From NCBI GenBank assembly GCA_021613535.1, contig CP075497.1, forward strand, positions 13,020,001 through 13,084,000: a stretch of DNA of 64,000 nt. The letters run 5' to 3'. Positions 50,022 to 63,775 of the stretch are shown here, one piece after another (position 1 is the stretch's first letter; each line of letters starts with the position of its first letter). Origin of the DNA: Adineta vaga (taxonomy: Eukaryota > Animalia > Rotifera). A program made the translations under genes and the position numbers. Below the pieces are notes generated by a model. It had not been told where the DNA came from, ran no database searches, and was given only the letters and a program-made list of their open reading frames with translations.

Positions 50022-53000
50022 ATGGATACTTTGTCGACGCTCATCTTGAACGAGCGTTTTTGGTTGCCAGCAAATACGACTTGGAAAGACTTTGCTCGAC
50101 TTGAGCAAGAAGAAAACATTAAGTTAACAAAGTCAAGCGATCTTCTGTATGCCTTTCCATTGGCCGGTGTAGTTTATTTGATACGCGTGCTTTTCGAACG
50201 GTAAACAAACGGAACATTCTATTTTTACTTCCATACTAAATTAAAGGTTTTTTTCCTAGATATATTGCTAAACCGATCGGTCGATCACTTGGTATTCGTG
50301 ATCGATATGCAAGAAAAACAACGACAGATAGGGAAACAATACCCACAAATGTAAAGCAAACGTATAAACAACAACACGTAGCCAGTAGTAGTAGCTCATC
50401 ATCATCCAGAGGTCGCTATACACCTGTCGGCCCACTGGTTAAATTTAGTGAATCTTGTTGGCGTTTGGTCTTCTATCTAAGTGTATTCATTTACGGTGTT
50501 GTCATACTTCAAAACGTGAGTGTATAAATGTGTGTGTATGTGCGTCTCTATTCCTTGTGTTTCCAGAAACTGTGGACTTGGGACACACGCCATTGTTGGT
50601 TGAATTATCCCAATCAACCTCTAACGGCCGATATCTTTTGGTACTATATGATTGAGCTTGCTTTCTACTGGTCACTTTTATTTTCTCAGTTTATCGACGT
50701 TAAACGAAAAGTAAAGAAAACAAAATTTTATAGCGAGAAATGAATTTTTGTAATCTTCTTTTGGTAGGACTTTTGGGAAATGTTTGTTCATCATATTGCG
50801 ACTATCATTCTGCTCTCCTTTTCGTACATTGCCAATTTTGTGCGTGTCGGTTCACTAGTACTCGTCATACATGATTGTGCCGACTATTGGCTCGAGGTTT
50901 ACATTTTTTTGAAACAAAAATCTGTCTTTTTCTCTCTCTAATCGATTAACTTTATTATTAGGGAGCCAAATTGGCCATCTATTGCCGATCGAAATGGCTT
51001 AGTGACACTCTGTTTGTGATATTTGCCATCGTCTGGTTTGTCACACGTATCTGCTATTATCCCTATAAGTAACTTAAACAAGGGGGAAACAGCAGACTTT
51101 TGTACTTCAAGTAACTTTACGCTACTTTGAGCTACTTTAAAGTACTTTAGCGCTACTTCAAAGTACTTTGCGCTACTTTAAGTTACTTTGAAATACTTTA
51201 GACTACTTTGAAGTACTTTCAGCCACTTCAAGTACTTTGAGTCACTTCGAAGTATTTTAAAGCACTTCAGTATTCCTTAATATAACCGCAAATACATATT
51301 ATTTATATTAAGCTATACGTCGTTTTGTTTTTACTAATAAGTAATATAACAAGGAACGCAAAATACACAAGGAAAAACAACAGAAGTTATAGTATTACAT
51401 AAATATTTCATGTTTATTTAAAAAGAGACAAAAATGAGAAACATGAGCGATCATAAACGAGTTCAAATGAGCTAAAATAGAGAAGACAAAAATTTTTATA
51501 TTCGAATTCGTTTTAATCGATGATGATGTTGGATAGTTCCACTGTAAATCTCCCGCCATTACGGTGATCTTCACCGGCCAGGCTGAAACTTTCAGCAATA
51601 TGAGGTGTCACTATCCTAAGAATAATGGTAAAAAAATTCCACGAACGTTCAGTCGGCATCATAGTTTTTTCAAACGACAAAATATCACTTTTCGGCCTAT
51701 AAAGTCATTTTCATCATTTTTCACGATTTTGCGGTATTGACTTTTCTTATAACAGTAATCCGTAATTGCAATTTTATATATAGTCATACAGTACTAAGTT
51801 AGTAGATTATGGACAACATTATATCAACTCATTCATATGACACATATATGAAATAAACCGAGTTGACATTATGCAAAAATGAAAAAACAGCAACAAATAG
51901 CCTATTTTCAAGCGTTCCGTTTACTATCATACTGAAATGGTTAACTATCAATTTTAGTGATTCTGAATACCTACGTGTAATGTCTATCCAAAAATATAAT
52001 AACCATAGATTCAGAGTCTTTCTATTAGTAGATAAGGTTATATATTCGGTGACCCTATGGTCCCTTATATTGAAAATATGACTTATTGTGGTCAAGATTT
52101 CTCCCGTATGCAGAATTTGGGAACAAATCGGAGAGTGGTATGATGAAGTACTAACATTACTCCATCAACCAGTATGGTCAATTCGCTCCGCGTTTTCCAG
52201 TCAGAATACCCTAAAAAATTGATTTTTGATGGATTTGGTTATTTCACTGCCTAAAGTATTCTGACCATATCTCAGTGAAAACAAAAGCTTTTTTGAAATT
52301 TTTCTTTATCGAAATACTTAGAATTGAAAAGCTCTACAAACTCAGTGGCTCTTTGCGTATCTATATTTGAGGCATTATTCAGCAGCCGACATCAAAGTTG
52401 ACCTTTTGCCCCTATCCGATCTCAGGAAACTGGAAAACGCGGAGCGAATTGACCATACTGGCTGATGGAGTAATGTTAGTACTTCATCATACCACTCTCC
52501 GATTTGTTCCCAAATTCTGCATACGGGAGAAATCTTGACCACAATAAATCACTTTTTCGATACAGGGTGTTGCAAAACCATTACGCTCACCTCTACAACT
52601 TGTGGTATAAATTATATCATCAAATATTTTATACCCATCGATAGAGCTCGTCGAGCTCTACAAAAATGTATATATGAAAAATTTTTAGGCCCCCTTTTCT
52701 GAGATGAAAAGTTCAAAAAACAACTTGAAAAATCTCGAAAAACGTTTAAAAAGCTCTTTGTTTCAAATCGAAGAAAAATGCCCCATTTATTCAATGAAAA
52801 TAGCCTTTTCCATTACTTTTATTACCTCAAACGTCTCGAAATATACTCATCAGACGCAGCTTTTCACGCTGCATTGAAAGAGTATATTTTGAAACGTCTA
52901 AGGTAGCATAAGTAATGGAAAAAGCTCATTCTATTGGAAAATCGAGTGTTTTTCATCCATATGAAAAAAATGAGTTTTTTAACATTTTTCAGGTCGTTTT

Positions 53001-54521
53001 TTAAATTTTTTATCTCAAAAAGGTGGCTCAACTTCTTTTTGATATATACAGTTTTGTAGAGCCCGACGAGCTCTATGGAACCATGTACAAATATCCAAGA
53101 AAAAAGTTTTACTCCATTTCTGAATTACTGGCACCTTAATTTTCTACACCAAAAAAATATGAAATTTCTGAAAATGTTTTAAGTTCGACATTAAAAGGTC
53201 CCATAACCTCTACTATTTCGTATCAATAAATCCAGTTTTTGACGTGCTTTAATTTTGTATAAAATGCATTTGTGATATCATTGATACTTTAAGTTGTAGA
53301 GGGGGCGTAATGGTTTTGCAACACCCTGTAGAATGTGCGGGTGTTCGGAAAGGGTGAGACGAAACGTAATTCACTTGATTAACTATTCTTTACTATCAAC
53401 AGATAACACCGATGAAGAGTTTTGATTGGATGAAGAGAATGATGATAATCATTGTGTGACTTATGCACAAAACGGATCTAATGATGAAACTCTATATAAT
53501 TGTCAAAACGACGACCTTAGTGATAATTATGAGGAAATATTTAATTGAACAAAATCTGATTTTGATGGAATAAGAATAGTCGATAGTATTAACCCAGATT
53601 TAAGACAGTAGTATTTCAAGGTCAAAATAAATGACAAAATTAAATATCTGCACAAACAAACAGCCTGCTGGTTGCTTTCAAAGAATATAAAGAAACTCTC
53701 AAGTGATCGTTTATCTCGTGTTATGCAACAAACAGCTGATAATAATAAATAAGCTATGCGCGCGTGTGTTTATCTTTTACCGCTTAGTAATTCTTCTCTT
53801 TTTAATACTAAATAAAGTGATCGTTCACATTTTTCCAACGTGATTTAGTTTGCTCCATACACTTTCAGATCTTTAACGACACTTTAAAGTACTTAAACAT
53901 AATTCAAAGTACTTTAGTGTAATTTCCAAATACTTTGACATAATTTAAAGTACTTTAACGTAATTTCCAGGTACTTCTGTGTACTTAAATGTAGTTTTTG
54001 GTACTTTGAGCTACTTCCACATACTTTGAACTAATTATAAGTACTTTGCACTACTTCAAGTACTTTGAAGTACTTTTGTACTTTGCGGCACTTTTACTAC
54101 TTGAAGTCTGCTATTTCCCCTTTGAACTTAAATCAGCCTATTCATCCATTCATTCATTCACTCTCACTTTTAGAATACTCTACACGACAACATTCGAAGG
54201 AGTATCTATTCTTGGATCATGTCCTGCTTATTATGTTTTCAATGGACTTCTATTGCTTCTTTATGTTCTTCACTATATTTGGTTTTATTTCATCTGTAAA
54301 GTGGCAATTACCGCTTTAAAAACCGGCGAAGTATGTTGATCCATCTTCTTTTTCTTGTCATCGAAATTTGAGAGAGAAAGAAAATTTTTATTCACTGGTC
54401 TAAAATAGAAGTTTAAAACGAATTGATTTTGCTATTGCAGGTGACGGACGAACGAAGCGACGATGAAGAAAGCAACAATGAACAGAATGCTGGTAGCGAT
54501 AATGACAACAAAGACGAGTGA
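50022..54521 (+). CDS. CERS: Ceramide synthase (TLC/Lag1 domain), 7 exons
   Basis: [17 protein letters not shown], Lag1 motif [11 protein letters not shown]...[13 protein letters not shown] tail; 3.1-kb intron 51069-54173. Confidence 0.92.
52083..52547. mobile_element. MITE with about 120-bp TIRs (nested)
   Basis: 52083-52201 is a near-perfect reverse complement of about 52429-52547. Confidence 0.85.
52563..53328. mobile_element. Tc1/mariner-type MITE (nested)
   Basis: TA|CAGGGTGTTGCAAAACCATTACG...CGTAATGGTTTTGCAACACCCTG|TA; additional internal inverted repeats. Confidence 0.88.
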
Positions 54522-54621
54522 TTTCGTTCTGTTGGTATAAAATGGACTGCACCAGTTTAAGATATTATTTTTTTTGTTTTTGGATTTTCCGTTAAGAATA
54601 ATCAGTTACTGTATTAGTTAA

Positions 54622-54673
54622 AGAGTGTGACTGTGGGTTTGGGTGTTCCTCTTGATTCTAACACTCACACCCT
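54622..54673. repeat. Degenerate telomere-repeat hairpin 3' of ceramide synthase
   Basis: GTGGGTTTGGGTGTT...AACACTCACACCC. Confidence 0.55.
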
Positions 54674-55300
54674 GTGAATTCAGGACCATAAATCAATAGC
54701 TGAACCAACATCAACATATGGCAGAAAATTTTATTGATGCATAGATCAATTATGCAAATATGTAATTCATTAATAAAAATGACTACCATCCTTTTTTCCA
54801 CTTATGTTACCTTTTTAACGATTCGAAGAGACTCTTGGAGTGGATCGAGTGGAAGCTTGAACTTACAGTTTCCCTAATATTCGTTTTATGAGTTACATTG
54901 TGTTTGACATTTTAATTCTGAAAGGAATTGCGCTAAGAACTCACTCGGCAGATCGATAAATCGCATTTATCCTTTTGAACAGATTTGTTTGTGCGGTCGT
55001 TTTCAAAAGGAAAAATAGAATTTCGGTTTTTCGAAGAATCTTTGAATGTGTATTGGATCTGTTCGTACCACAAATGTGAATGGTAATACTGAAGTATTCC
55101 AGTGAGACATTGAGTAGATCCAGATCATTATTATACCTACTCTGTGATAAAGATTTTCTTCGCCTGAATATATCGATCTCCGTTATACACCGGAAGCACA
55201 TCCTCACAACAAGGTACAAAATAACTTCATTAGAATAGAGAGCGATGCTCATTAATCTAATCAATCATAGTGAAGATATACAGTGCAGATCTTCTCAGGC

Positions 55301-55342
55301 GGGGTGTGGGTGTCTCTTTTTATCGTTCACACCCACCCTCAA
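55301..55342. repeat. Telomere-repeat hairpin element
   Basis: GGGGTGTGGGTGT...ACACCCACCCTCAA. Confidence 0.75.
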
Positions 55343-55368
55343 ACATATCACTCATCTTCAGAAACATA

Positions 55369-56297
55369 CTTAGGGTAATCCAAAAGTAGTGAGGGAGGTA
55401 CCTTATTTCCTCAAGCAGAGGTCTAAAAAAATTTCTTTTTTTACCAATAGATAGAGCGTCTTTCCCTCTATTTTTCTATGCTATTTGATCACCATTTAAA
55501 TGGTATCATACTAATAAAATTTCGATAAGAACTTTTTTTGTGTCACTCGAGCTGGTATCAATACTGCATATTATCATTCATGCGTGTTTTCATCATTTAA
55601 TAGGTTTTATCAAAAAACAAAATACACCACAAGGTGCAGCGTGAAAAGTCCTACAATTTACAAGAAACAGTTTATTTTAATTACGTGTTTTTTGCTTTCA
55701 AAAAATCAAAATTCTGTGCGACCAGCTTTCGCCGTTGGGAAAAAATCCTTTTTTTTCTACACAAACGAGAAATCTCTTCTTTCTTCTTTCATTTTTTATC
55801 ATCTAATACGTTTCATTAAAAGCGAGATATACTACATGATGCAGCGTAAAAAGCTCTACTATTTGCACAGTAAAGCTTATTGCAGTGGTTTTTAAAAAAC
55901 ACAAAATGCTGTGCTACCAATTTTCGCACGGTCAAAATTTGGTCGCTCAAAGTTTTGCCCATTTATAAAGCAAAAAGTGTGACTATAAAAAAAGGTGGCC
56001 GTATGTGGATTGTAGAGCTTTTCACGCTGCACCTTGTGGCGTATTTTGTTTTTTGATAAAACCTATTAAATGATGAAAACACGCATGAATGATAATATGC
56101 AGTATTGATACCAGCTCGAGTGACACAAAAAAAGTTCTTATCGAAATTTTATTAGTATGATACCATTTAAATGGTGATCAAATAGCATAGAAAAATAGAG
56201 GGAAAGACGCTCTATCTATTGGTAAAAAAAGAAATTTTTTTAGACCTCTGCTTGAGGAAATAAGGTACCTCCCTCACTACTTTTGGATTGCCCTAAG
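55369..56297. mobile_element. Foldback-like MITE with about 290-bp TIRs and TA TSD
   Basis: TA|CTTAGGGTAATCCAAAAGTAG...CTACTTTTGGATTGCCCTAAG|TA; arms are nearly identical. Confidence 0.9.
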
Positions 56298-56325
56298 TAT
56301 TATCTTTATAGATTGAAAAAACGAA

Positions 56326-56730
56326 ATGTCAATCGAACCTCATTGGACAATTACACATGGTCATGCAAATCGTACTGGTTGGAGTTGTCGAGAATGTCGT
56401 AGTGTCATCGATCAAGGTGAATCAATTGTCATACGTGATGGACGTAAGCTTCGTTTAATGTATCATAAACATTGCTATAGCGGTGGTTCAGATCCACGTA
56501 CACAAACTAGTAGTTCTTATTATGATCAGAAATGGACAAATGCTCAATCTATTCAAGAAAAAGCACCACCTGTCAAAGGATATGGTAAATGGAGTTGTAG
56601 TGACTATGGATACAAAGGTGATTTGTATATGACATCTTCCACTTCCCATATGAAAAATACAAGATCATCAACATCACTGTCACCTGTTCGAAACTCTGTA
56701 AATGCAAACTCATCTAAGAAAAGTAGCTAG
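56326..56730 (+). CDS. Small protein with a PARP-type zinc-finger-like motif
   Basis: W...H......W.CREC...I..GE....R......YHKHC (CxxC...HxxC); intronless, 134 aa. Confidence 0.65.
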   Translation: MSIEPHWTITHGHANRTGWSCRECRSVIDQGESIVIRDGRKLRLMYHKHCYSGGSDPRTQTSSSYYDQKWTNAQSIQEKAPPVKGYGKWSCSDYGYKGDLYMTSSTSHMKNTRSSTSLSPVRNSVNANSSKKSS

Positions 56731-57283
56731 TATATATAGTATATCAATCAAGCAAGTGGTCGTAACATACAACAGATTTCAATTAATTATAATTCAAGTA
56801 CTATGCTAGAGAGAGACTACATCCACTAATAAAACCCGTATCAATTAAATCGTTCTTCATTATTACTTATGCATTGGTTCAGAGCTTTCAGAAAGTTCGA
56901 TAAAAAAGATCTAGTCAATTTAAAGTTAGTATCGTGAATTGAAATATACTGAGTACAATTGATGAGAACATATTGCATTTCATTTAATGAACAGACTGAA
57001 AGATATATCGAAGAATTAGGGCAAAATGCACTTAAATCTAGGAGAGAATGGCCGATAATTTAAAACTGACTGTATAATGATTTTACAGTGACCAATGATT
57101 AATTTTATTTTTAGTAAAGTATATTTCTCAGTTAATATAGTATAATTACTCAGAAATCTTTACCTTTTATCAATGAATGTTAGATTTGAACAGATCATAA
57201 CGAGGTGCAGTAAAAGCGAAATTACGAGGCAACAGATGATCGATAAAATATTAGAACAATTAAAGTTAGCCTCTTAGACACCA

Positions 57284-58665
57284 CCCAGGTCGACCAATCC
57301 CAGACTCGGAACCGATAGGATCCGATCGGAATCCGATCGGAAAGCATCGGATTTTACCGGATCCTGTGGGTTCCTATAGGATTTGATCGGATTCCTGGTG
57401 ACGGAATCGCATTGGAATCCGTCGGATCAACAGATCCCATCGGATCCTACTAACTATGTCCGATGGTATCCAGTATCAAGGAATCGATCGGATCCTACTA
57501 GCGTGAACACATGATTTCCAACGATTTCCACCACGCTCCGACAAAATCCGATGATTTCCACCATATTCCGACAAAATCCAACAAATTCCGACATAAATCT
57601 TAAAATGAATATTATAAACAACCAAAAAGACGCATTAGATCAACCTGAAACACGATATTTAAACTATTTCACGCTATTTATGAATATACATTACCTAACT
57701 CTCGGTAAAATTATTATTTTTAAACAGTTCACACTTTAAGAAGACTGTATTTTTCTTATTTCATGCTTCATCAATCAATCAGAGAGTATCATAAGCAAGA
57801 ATCTACGGTATCCACAACCTGGACAAACATAGCTAAGGCAACAGCCAGCGTTTTCCAAAAACCTACGCATAGCACACCAACAGATGTCCCCCTTTGTGAA
57901 ATTCGAAAACCACAAATTCTCACGAAAAACATGTACTTATAGCTAAAACAACAACCAGCTTCGTGCTTTCCACAAACAAAACCGACCTACAGATATAAAA
58001 GCAATGCTTATGAAAATAACTAATGCCGCAAGGCATCCCCAACAACTCAAAAAGACATACCTAAAAGAAACGCAAACATCAACTCACAACTACACCTATA
58101 TCCTCCGAAAACTGTTTAGTTCTCACCGCAGCACTCGATTAATTCTTGAGAAAACGACTTTGACACTGACATTCTTCCATATATTCCATCTCATCTGACT
58201 CTCACACCCACAAAAAAATCACATTCCTCCACTGATTCATTTAATCCATCCCTTTCTTAAGCCACTACACAATCTCCATAATTAGCATCCCCTCCTAAAC
58301 CAATCAAAACGAATCAAACTCTCATCAAGCATATAGAAAATATACGTAAAGGATTTTAAATTCAGAAACAATCCAAAGTAATCCTATGTGATACATATGA
58401 AGTGGATAGGTAATGGATTTTTAATTCAGAAACTATCCAGAAAAATCGTACGAGATGGATATCAAGTGAATAATTAAAGGATTTTTAATTCGAGAAAATA
58501 CAAAGAAATTAGGTGGTTTCAGATCATTTTTAATTCATCGGATATTATCGGAAGTGTAGTGGATTCTGACAGTCGGATTCCAATTCGATTCCGTCACCAG
58601 GAATCCTATAGGATGCTGTCGGATCATCGGATCCGATCATCCGATATCGGATTGGTTGACCTGGG
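57284..58665. mobile_element. Non-autonomous EnSpm/CACTA-type DNA transposon
   Basis: TIR CCCAGGTC(G/A)ACCAATCC; 2-bp TSD CA; palindromic subterminal repeats TCCGATCGGA/GGATCC at both ends. Confidence 0.8.
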
Positions 58666-59090
58666 CAACTGAGTCTTGTGTTCTATACGAACATGGAGAA
58701 AAATTGGAAATATAGTGCATGGTAGTGTTTTTATCAATTTCCATCGATTGACAAAACTATGGAGTTCTAACTTTGTCATTTTTAATTAATAAGCAGGTGA
58801 AATAATCTGCGAAAGTTTCATACAGTTTGCTTTTTTTAAATGCGAGAACATATGAAACACTCTGTATCTATATGTGTCATTTGAATCTATATGCACACTC
58901 AATACTTTTTCCTACCTATTTTTCTTATTGCATTCGTAAGCCATCTTCATAATATAACGACGTGTTTTTATACGAGACGTACGCTATCGTACTTTAGTTA
59001 CGTATGTGACGCACTTTCACCTTTTCATTGCACAACGCATTATGTGGTTGATAAAGAGATATATAAAGCATTTTTCCTCTCATTCTGATC

Positions 59091-60110
59091 ATGAATATGT
59101 CATCAAGTAAAGAACGTGTGTTTGTGACTGCAGCAACTGGAAACATCGGCATTGGTGTTGTTCGTGGTCTCATCAAAAAAGGAATCGACACGACAGCGTA
59201 TGTAAGAGACGAACAGAAAGCCAAAGATCTATTCAAAGATGAGCTTAAGAGTGGTCATCTCAAGTTTGTTGTTGGTACCTATGAGTCTATCGATGTATTT
59301 ACAAAAGCAGTTCAAGGACATACTCGTCTCTTTCTTCTTGTTGCTGCTGATGCTGGAAGTAAACCAACATTGATGAGTCAGATCAAAGGAACTTTTGGCA
59401 AAATCGCTTTCGAGCAAGGTGTTCATCAAATTGTCGATCTCTCTTCAGCTTTTGTTAGCAGTTTTGGTAAGAAAGGCATCATTGGGTATATGCATACGAT
59501 AGCTGAAGAAAAGCTGTGGACACTTGCTGATGAAAATCCGGAGCAACGTTCACTTGTTGTACTTCGCCCTGGAGCGTTCATGTCCAATCAGTTTAGGAGC
59601 GATGTTCATCATATCAAACACTCAAAAAAAATTGTCTCTTGTGGATCGTCTTCGTCGACAGTCACTTGGATCGATACAAAAGGTGAGTAGAAAAGAAGTG
59701 AAAAAAAAATGTTGCATGTCGTTTGAACTCTAGCATGAGATATATTTACATGTTTTCTTTTTTCGTTGATAGATATCTCTGAATGTGCTGTGGTCGTTTT
59801 AAGTGAACCAGTAGAAAAACATGATCGTAATGTCTACGAAATGGGCGGTGAAAGCTTAACTGAAGAACAACGAGCAGCTGTTTTTTCCAAAGTACTGGGT
59901 AAACCTATCAAATGTGAACAACAATCGATAGAAGACTTCTACAAGGCACTTATTGGTTTCGGCATGTCTCATTCATTTGCATACAATTTTGTACTGATGA
60001 CTTCGAAACACATTTGCGAGACTACCACTCCACAAATAGCTATTATTATTGGTCGACCATTACGTACACTCGAAGACTGGCTAAAAGAGAACGTCAAAGC
60101 ATTTGAATAG
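59091..60110 (+). CDS. NmrA-like atypical short-chain dehydrogenase/reductase, 2 exons
   Basis: VFVTAATGNIG nucleotide-binding motif, VLRPGAFMSN, WIDTK|DI (intron 59683-59772), GRPLRTLEDW. Confidence 0.88.
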
Positions 60111-60419
60111 AAAACTTTTATAACATTGTATTAATGACATAGTATTCTTTTTATTTCTATAAAAATAAAATTCCAATTGCATGCTTACATTGATTGCCTA
60201 GCAGGCAGTTTTGACATTTATTTCATCGATATGATATGCACTCCCTTTCAGGTCGCGTTGCACAAAAATAGTAAAATATGAATTCTGGACTTCAGTTTGG
60301 CTGACGTCAATTCTGATTCACTTCAGACGATCATATTTTAAATAACTTAATGTATTCTTAATATTCATTTTTTTCGATCAGTTATTCTATTATCAGGAGT
60401 TTAAACAAAATGGAGTCCA

Positions 60420-61008
60420 GCAGCTACCGGGAATTATTTTTTTGAGATTTATTCGGATTTATTAAAAATGCTCTATACATTTTGAAATAAATTCCACAGA
60501 ACCTCGCAAGTGATGATATCACGAAATCTTGGCACAGTTAACAAAGTCTTCATAAATAAATAATTTCTTTGAAGTAGTTTAACGTTAGCAGAGTTATAAT
60601 TTCACCAATCGTGCGAAGAGTTCTTAACCAAAATACATGTCATAATATGGATTTTGTGAAAGAATTGATGCAATTCTCTAAAAGAATTAATTGACCCTCT
60701 TTTATGAAAAAATCCAAACAGAAAATTTACAGATATAATCTTTCTCAGCAGCTTCCAGGACTTATTTTTATGGGATTTATTAGGATTTTATAATCAATCT
60801 CTACGTTTATCAGGATAAGTCTCACATCATTTCTCTCTCCATACATACATCCCAGAATGTGGGTGCATTGAAGTATTGATTTCATCCCGTTCCTCCTGTA
60901 ATATACATGCATACCTACAGTATGGGTGTGCGGAAATATTGACTCAATTAATAAATCCTAATAAGTCCTGTAGACAAATAAATCACAAAAAAATAAGTCC
61001 CAGTAGCC
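60420..61008. mobile_element. Old degenerate inverted-repeat element
   Basis: GCTACCGGGAATTATTTTTTTGAGATTT near 60423 versus AAATCACAAAAAAATAAGTCCCAGTAGC ending near 61007; a related copy near 60750. Confidence 0.4.
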
Positions 61009-63775
61009 CCTCGCGACGTGTTCACTGAAATTCGTGTATGAGTGTACGTAAGAAGAACTCATCTTCATTTGAATAGCTTCATGGGCTCTGATCGTTTTGC
61101 ACAACTTTCTTTTCTATTTCATGATAAATCACTTTTTATATCTGCAGTTTTCTCAAGTATTCAAAACATTTTTTGTCTTGAAAAATAAATGACTAATTCT
61201 ACTAGTCTAAAGACGTCCTTTGTGTTTACATGAAGCATAACAAGAATAGGCTAGAACTGTTTGCATCTGAATGAAGTCCACCTTCGGTAAAATCCTATCT
61301 ATAAGTCTACACGTGACATCCAACTTGAATTTTGTTATTAGCCTAATAATATTGGAAATCGAATGTACTTACGTGATAAAAGATGTTGGGATATACGAGT
61401 TGTTTTTGTATGCTCGAAATTTATTTTGCTGCGTATTTATCGTTAATGGAACTAGTGGATTTTTTTTGTCCAACTTTCTAACACGCTGCAAGTGATGTCA
61501 CGTACTACGAATGTGAGATGAATCCATCTATATGCTTGTTATGTTTATTTTTGTACATAGACATTTTCTTAAGTAAAACTATTTCTTTCTCTCTTTCTTT
61601 CTATCAGCCATTCTTTCTTCGTATTACTCTCGTTCTTTTTTCTTTTTTCTTTTCGCTGTTGAATCTAATTCCTCAGGTGTATTCGAAGTGTATTAAAATG
61701 TATCTTTAATATTTCATCCTTTTCATGATCTTGCATATAAACAATAGTGTAATATTCGTAACGTGAATTCAACTATTCAAATATTCAAGTATTACACATA
61801 TAAAAAATTTCATACAATCGTATATAATTCTTCTCCATAGTTATCGTTTATGTTAGACCGTTCCAGATGTTGATATTCTGGAAAAACTAGATCTATTTCA
61901 CCGAAATTCTTTCCAATTAGACCTGTCATATACATACTCATATGGATAAAATTTCTCAATCTATTTCTATATACTACTGTAATAAAAAAATATTTATTAG
62001 TTTTTTTTAAATCAACTATCGTCTAACTATATTTCTATCTAAATATATCATGACTGCATACTCATATATAAAGAAAAGTATAGATCCCTATATCACTGTA
62101 TAGTGTCAAACGATATTATAAAAATATAAATTTGTACGACAGAAGTAATTTTATTAATGATTTTCTTTTCTCATACGATGCTATAAAACAATACTCGTTC
62201 GAACAAAACGAGTAAATTATCACATAACTATATCACTTGGGTGACCACAAAAAAAAGATATGTGAATTAAAATAATAAACTTCTGTATGATTACATTCTC
62301 TTCAATAATACTATAAAGAACATTCATTTATCTTAAATAAGTAAAACCTCATGCGATTATATTCTGCTCGTAAATAGCATAAAAGTAGTTCATTCGCATC
62401 AAATGAATAAACTTTCATAACATTATACTCTATTCGAGAATGGCATAAAAATAATTCATTGTGACGGATTCCATAAATTGCCACATGAATATATTCTTCT
62501 TGCAGATACTATAAGACAATTCACTTAAATAAGCTAAACAAAGTTTTATATACTTATATTCTCTTCAACACCAGTATAGAAGAAATATTTACTTAAAAAA
62601 AATAAATCAAAATTCATTTTACCATGTTCTTTTCATCAATAATAAAAATACTTTGTTTACATGAAATAAATACACTTCCACATCATTATGTTCTTTCCAA
62701 ACGTACCATATAATAATCCACATCAGTATGAACAAAATAAAATCCTGAATTATTATATTATCTCTGACGGTGCTGCAAAGAAAACCCGTTTCAATAATGA
62801 ATAACATTACAAACGAATGTATTGTCCTCGAAGACGCTATTAAAACATTTATTTAAAGTAAATACAAAACTTCCATATTATCAAATTCTCTCCAACCACA
62901 ACCTACAAAAATATCCATTTAAATGGAATAAATACAACTTCGTATTATCATCTTCTATCGATGAATACCATCAAATAATGCTTATCAATAACAAGTAAAT
63001 GAAAGGAAATATCATCGCATCGTATCCAACGATACTACGGGAAACAAAACCGTTTGAGTGCAGAAAATAAAGTTTGGTACAATAAAATCAACTTTTCCAA
63101 TAGCGTACAACTATTAATTTTAATCCAATAACTAATATTTTCTCCAACTATACTCTCTCCAACGACTCTAGAAAAGAAGCATTATTCGAACTCAATAAAG
63201 AAACCTAAGACAAAACTTCAATACTATCAACCTTCTGCATCATACTACTGAAATACTTATTCCAAATCATTATATGTAAACATATCATTCGAACTATACC
63301 AATTTCAAGGTAGATTACTCCCATAACGTATGAAACAACATCTATACAACAAATGCAAGTTATCGATTTCGTCAGCACATTTGATCTTACACTCAAATAA
63401 CCGATTCATATTCCACGCACTGTTTAACAAATACGGAAAAAGTGAGGGATCTATGTATCCACTGATGCATGTTTCGCCCTACCCCACACTGAGCGATATG
63501 AATAGTTGAATTCAAGTTTCAAGTATTACACATGTGCATATGGAGAGAAAAAATATGTGTTTGAATATAAGAAGCATTCTTTTTCAAACTATATCTGAAA
63601 AACCCAATCCGTAGTCAAATCGTTAAAATTTTTGTGAAACCAATCGATTTTCTGTATGAATTGCTTTTAGCCATTTCGGTTTATCTCCAGCTGTCATTTT
63701 GATTCATCTAACAGGATTTTTCTATGAATCAGTTTAATTGAAGAAACAAAAACAAATAATATTATGTGCGGAATA

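Larger units (their letters stand above)
51079..54124. mobile_element. Non-autonomous DNA transposon with 8-bp TSD (P-element-like or hAT)
   Basis: TIR CAA(G/A)GGGGAAA(C/T)AGCAGACTT; TSD AACTTAAA at 51071-78 and 54125-32; subterminal AAGTACTTT arrays; decayed coding remnant [21 protein letters not shown] at about 53640-53730. Confidence 0.88.

Noticed and set aside
51095-51275. AAGTACTTT-type tandem arrays (also about 53870-54100) as a CRISPR or satellite
   Set aside because: No spacers; they are subterminal repeats inside a TIR/TSD-bounded transposon.
61271-63396. Short ORFs in the right-hand AT-rich region
   Set aside because: Low complexity and many stops; a decayed gene is possible but unsupported.
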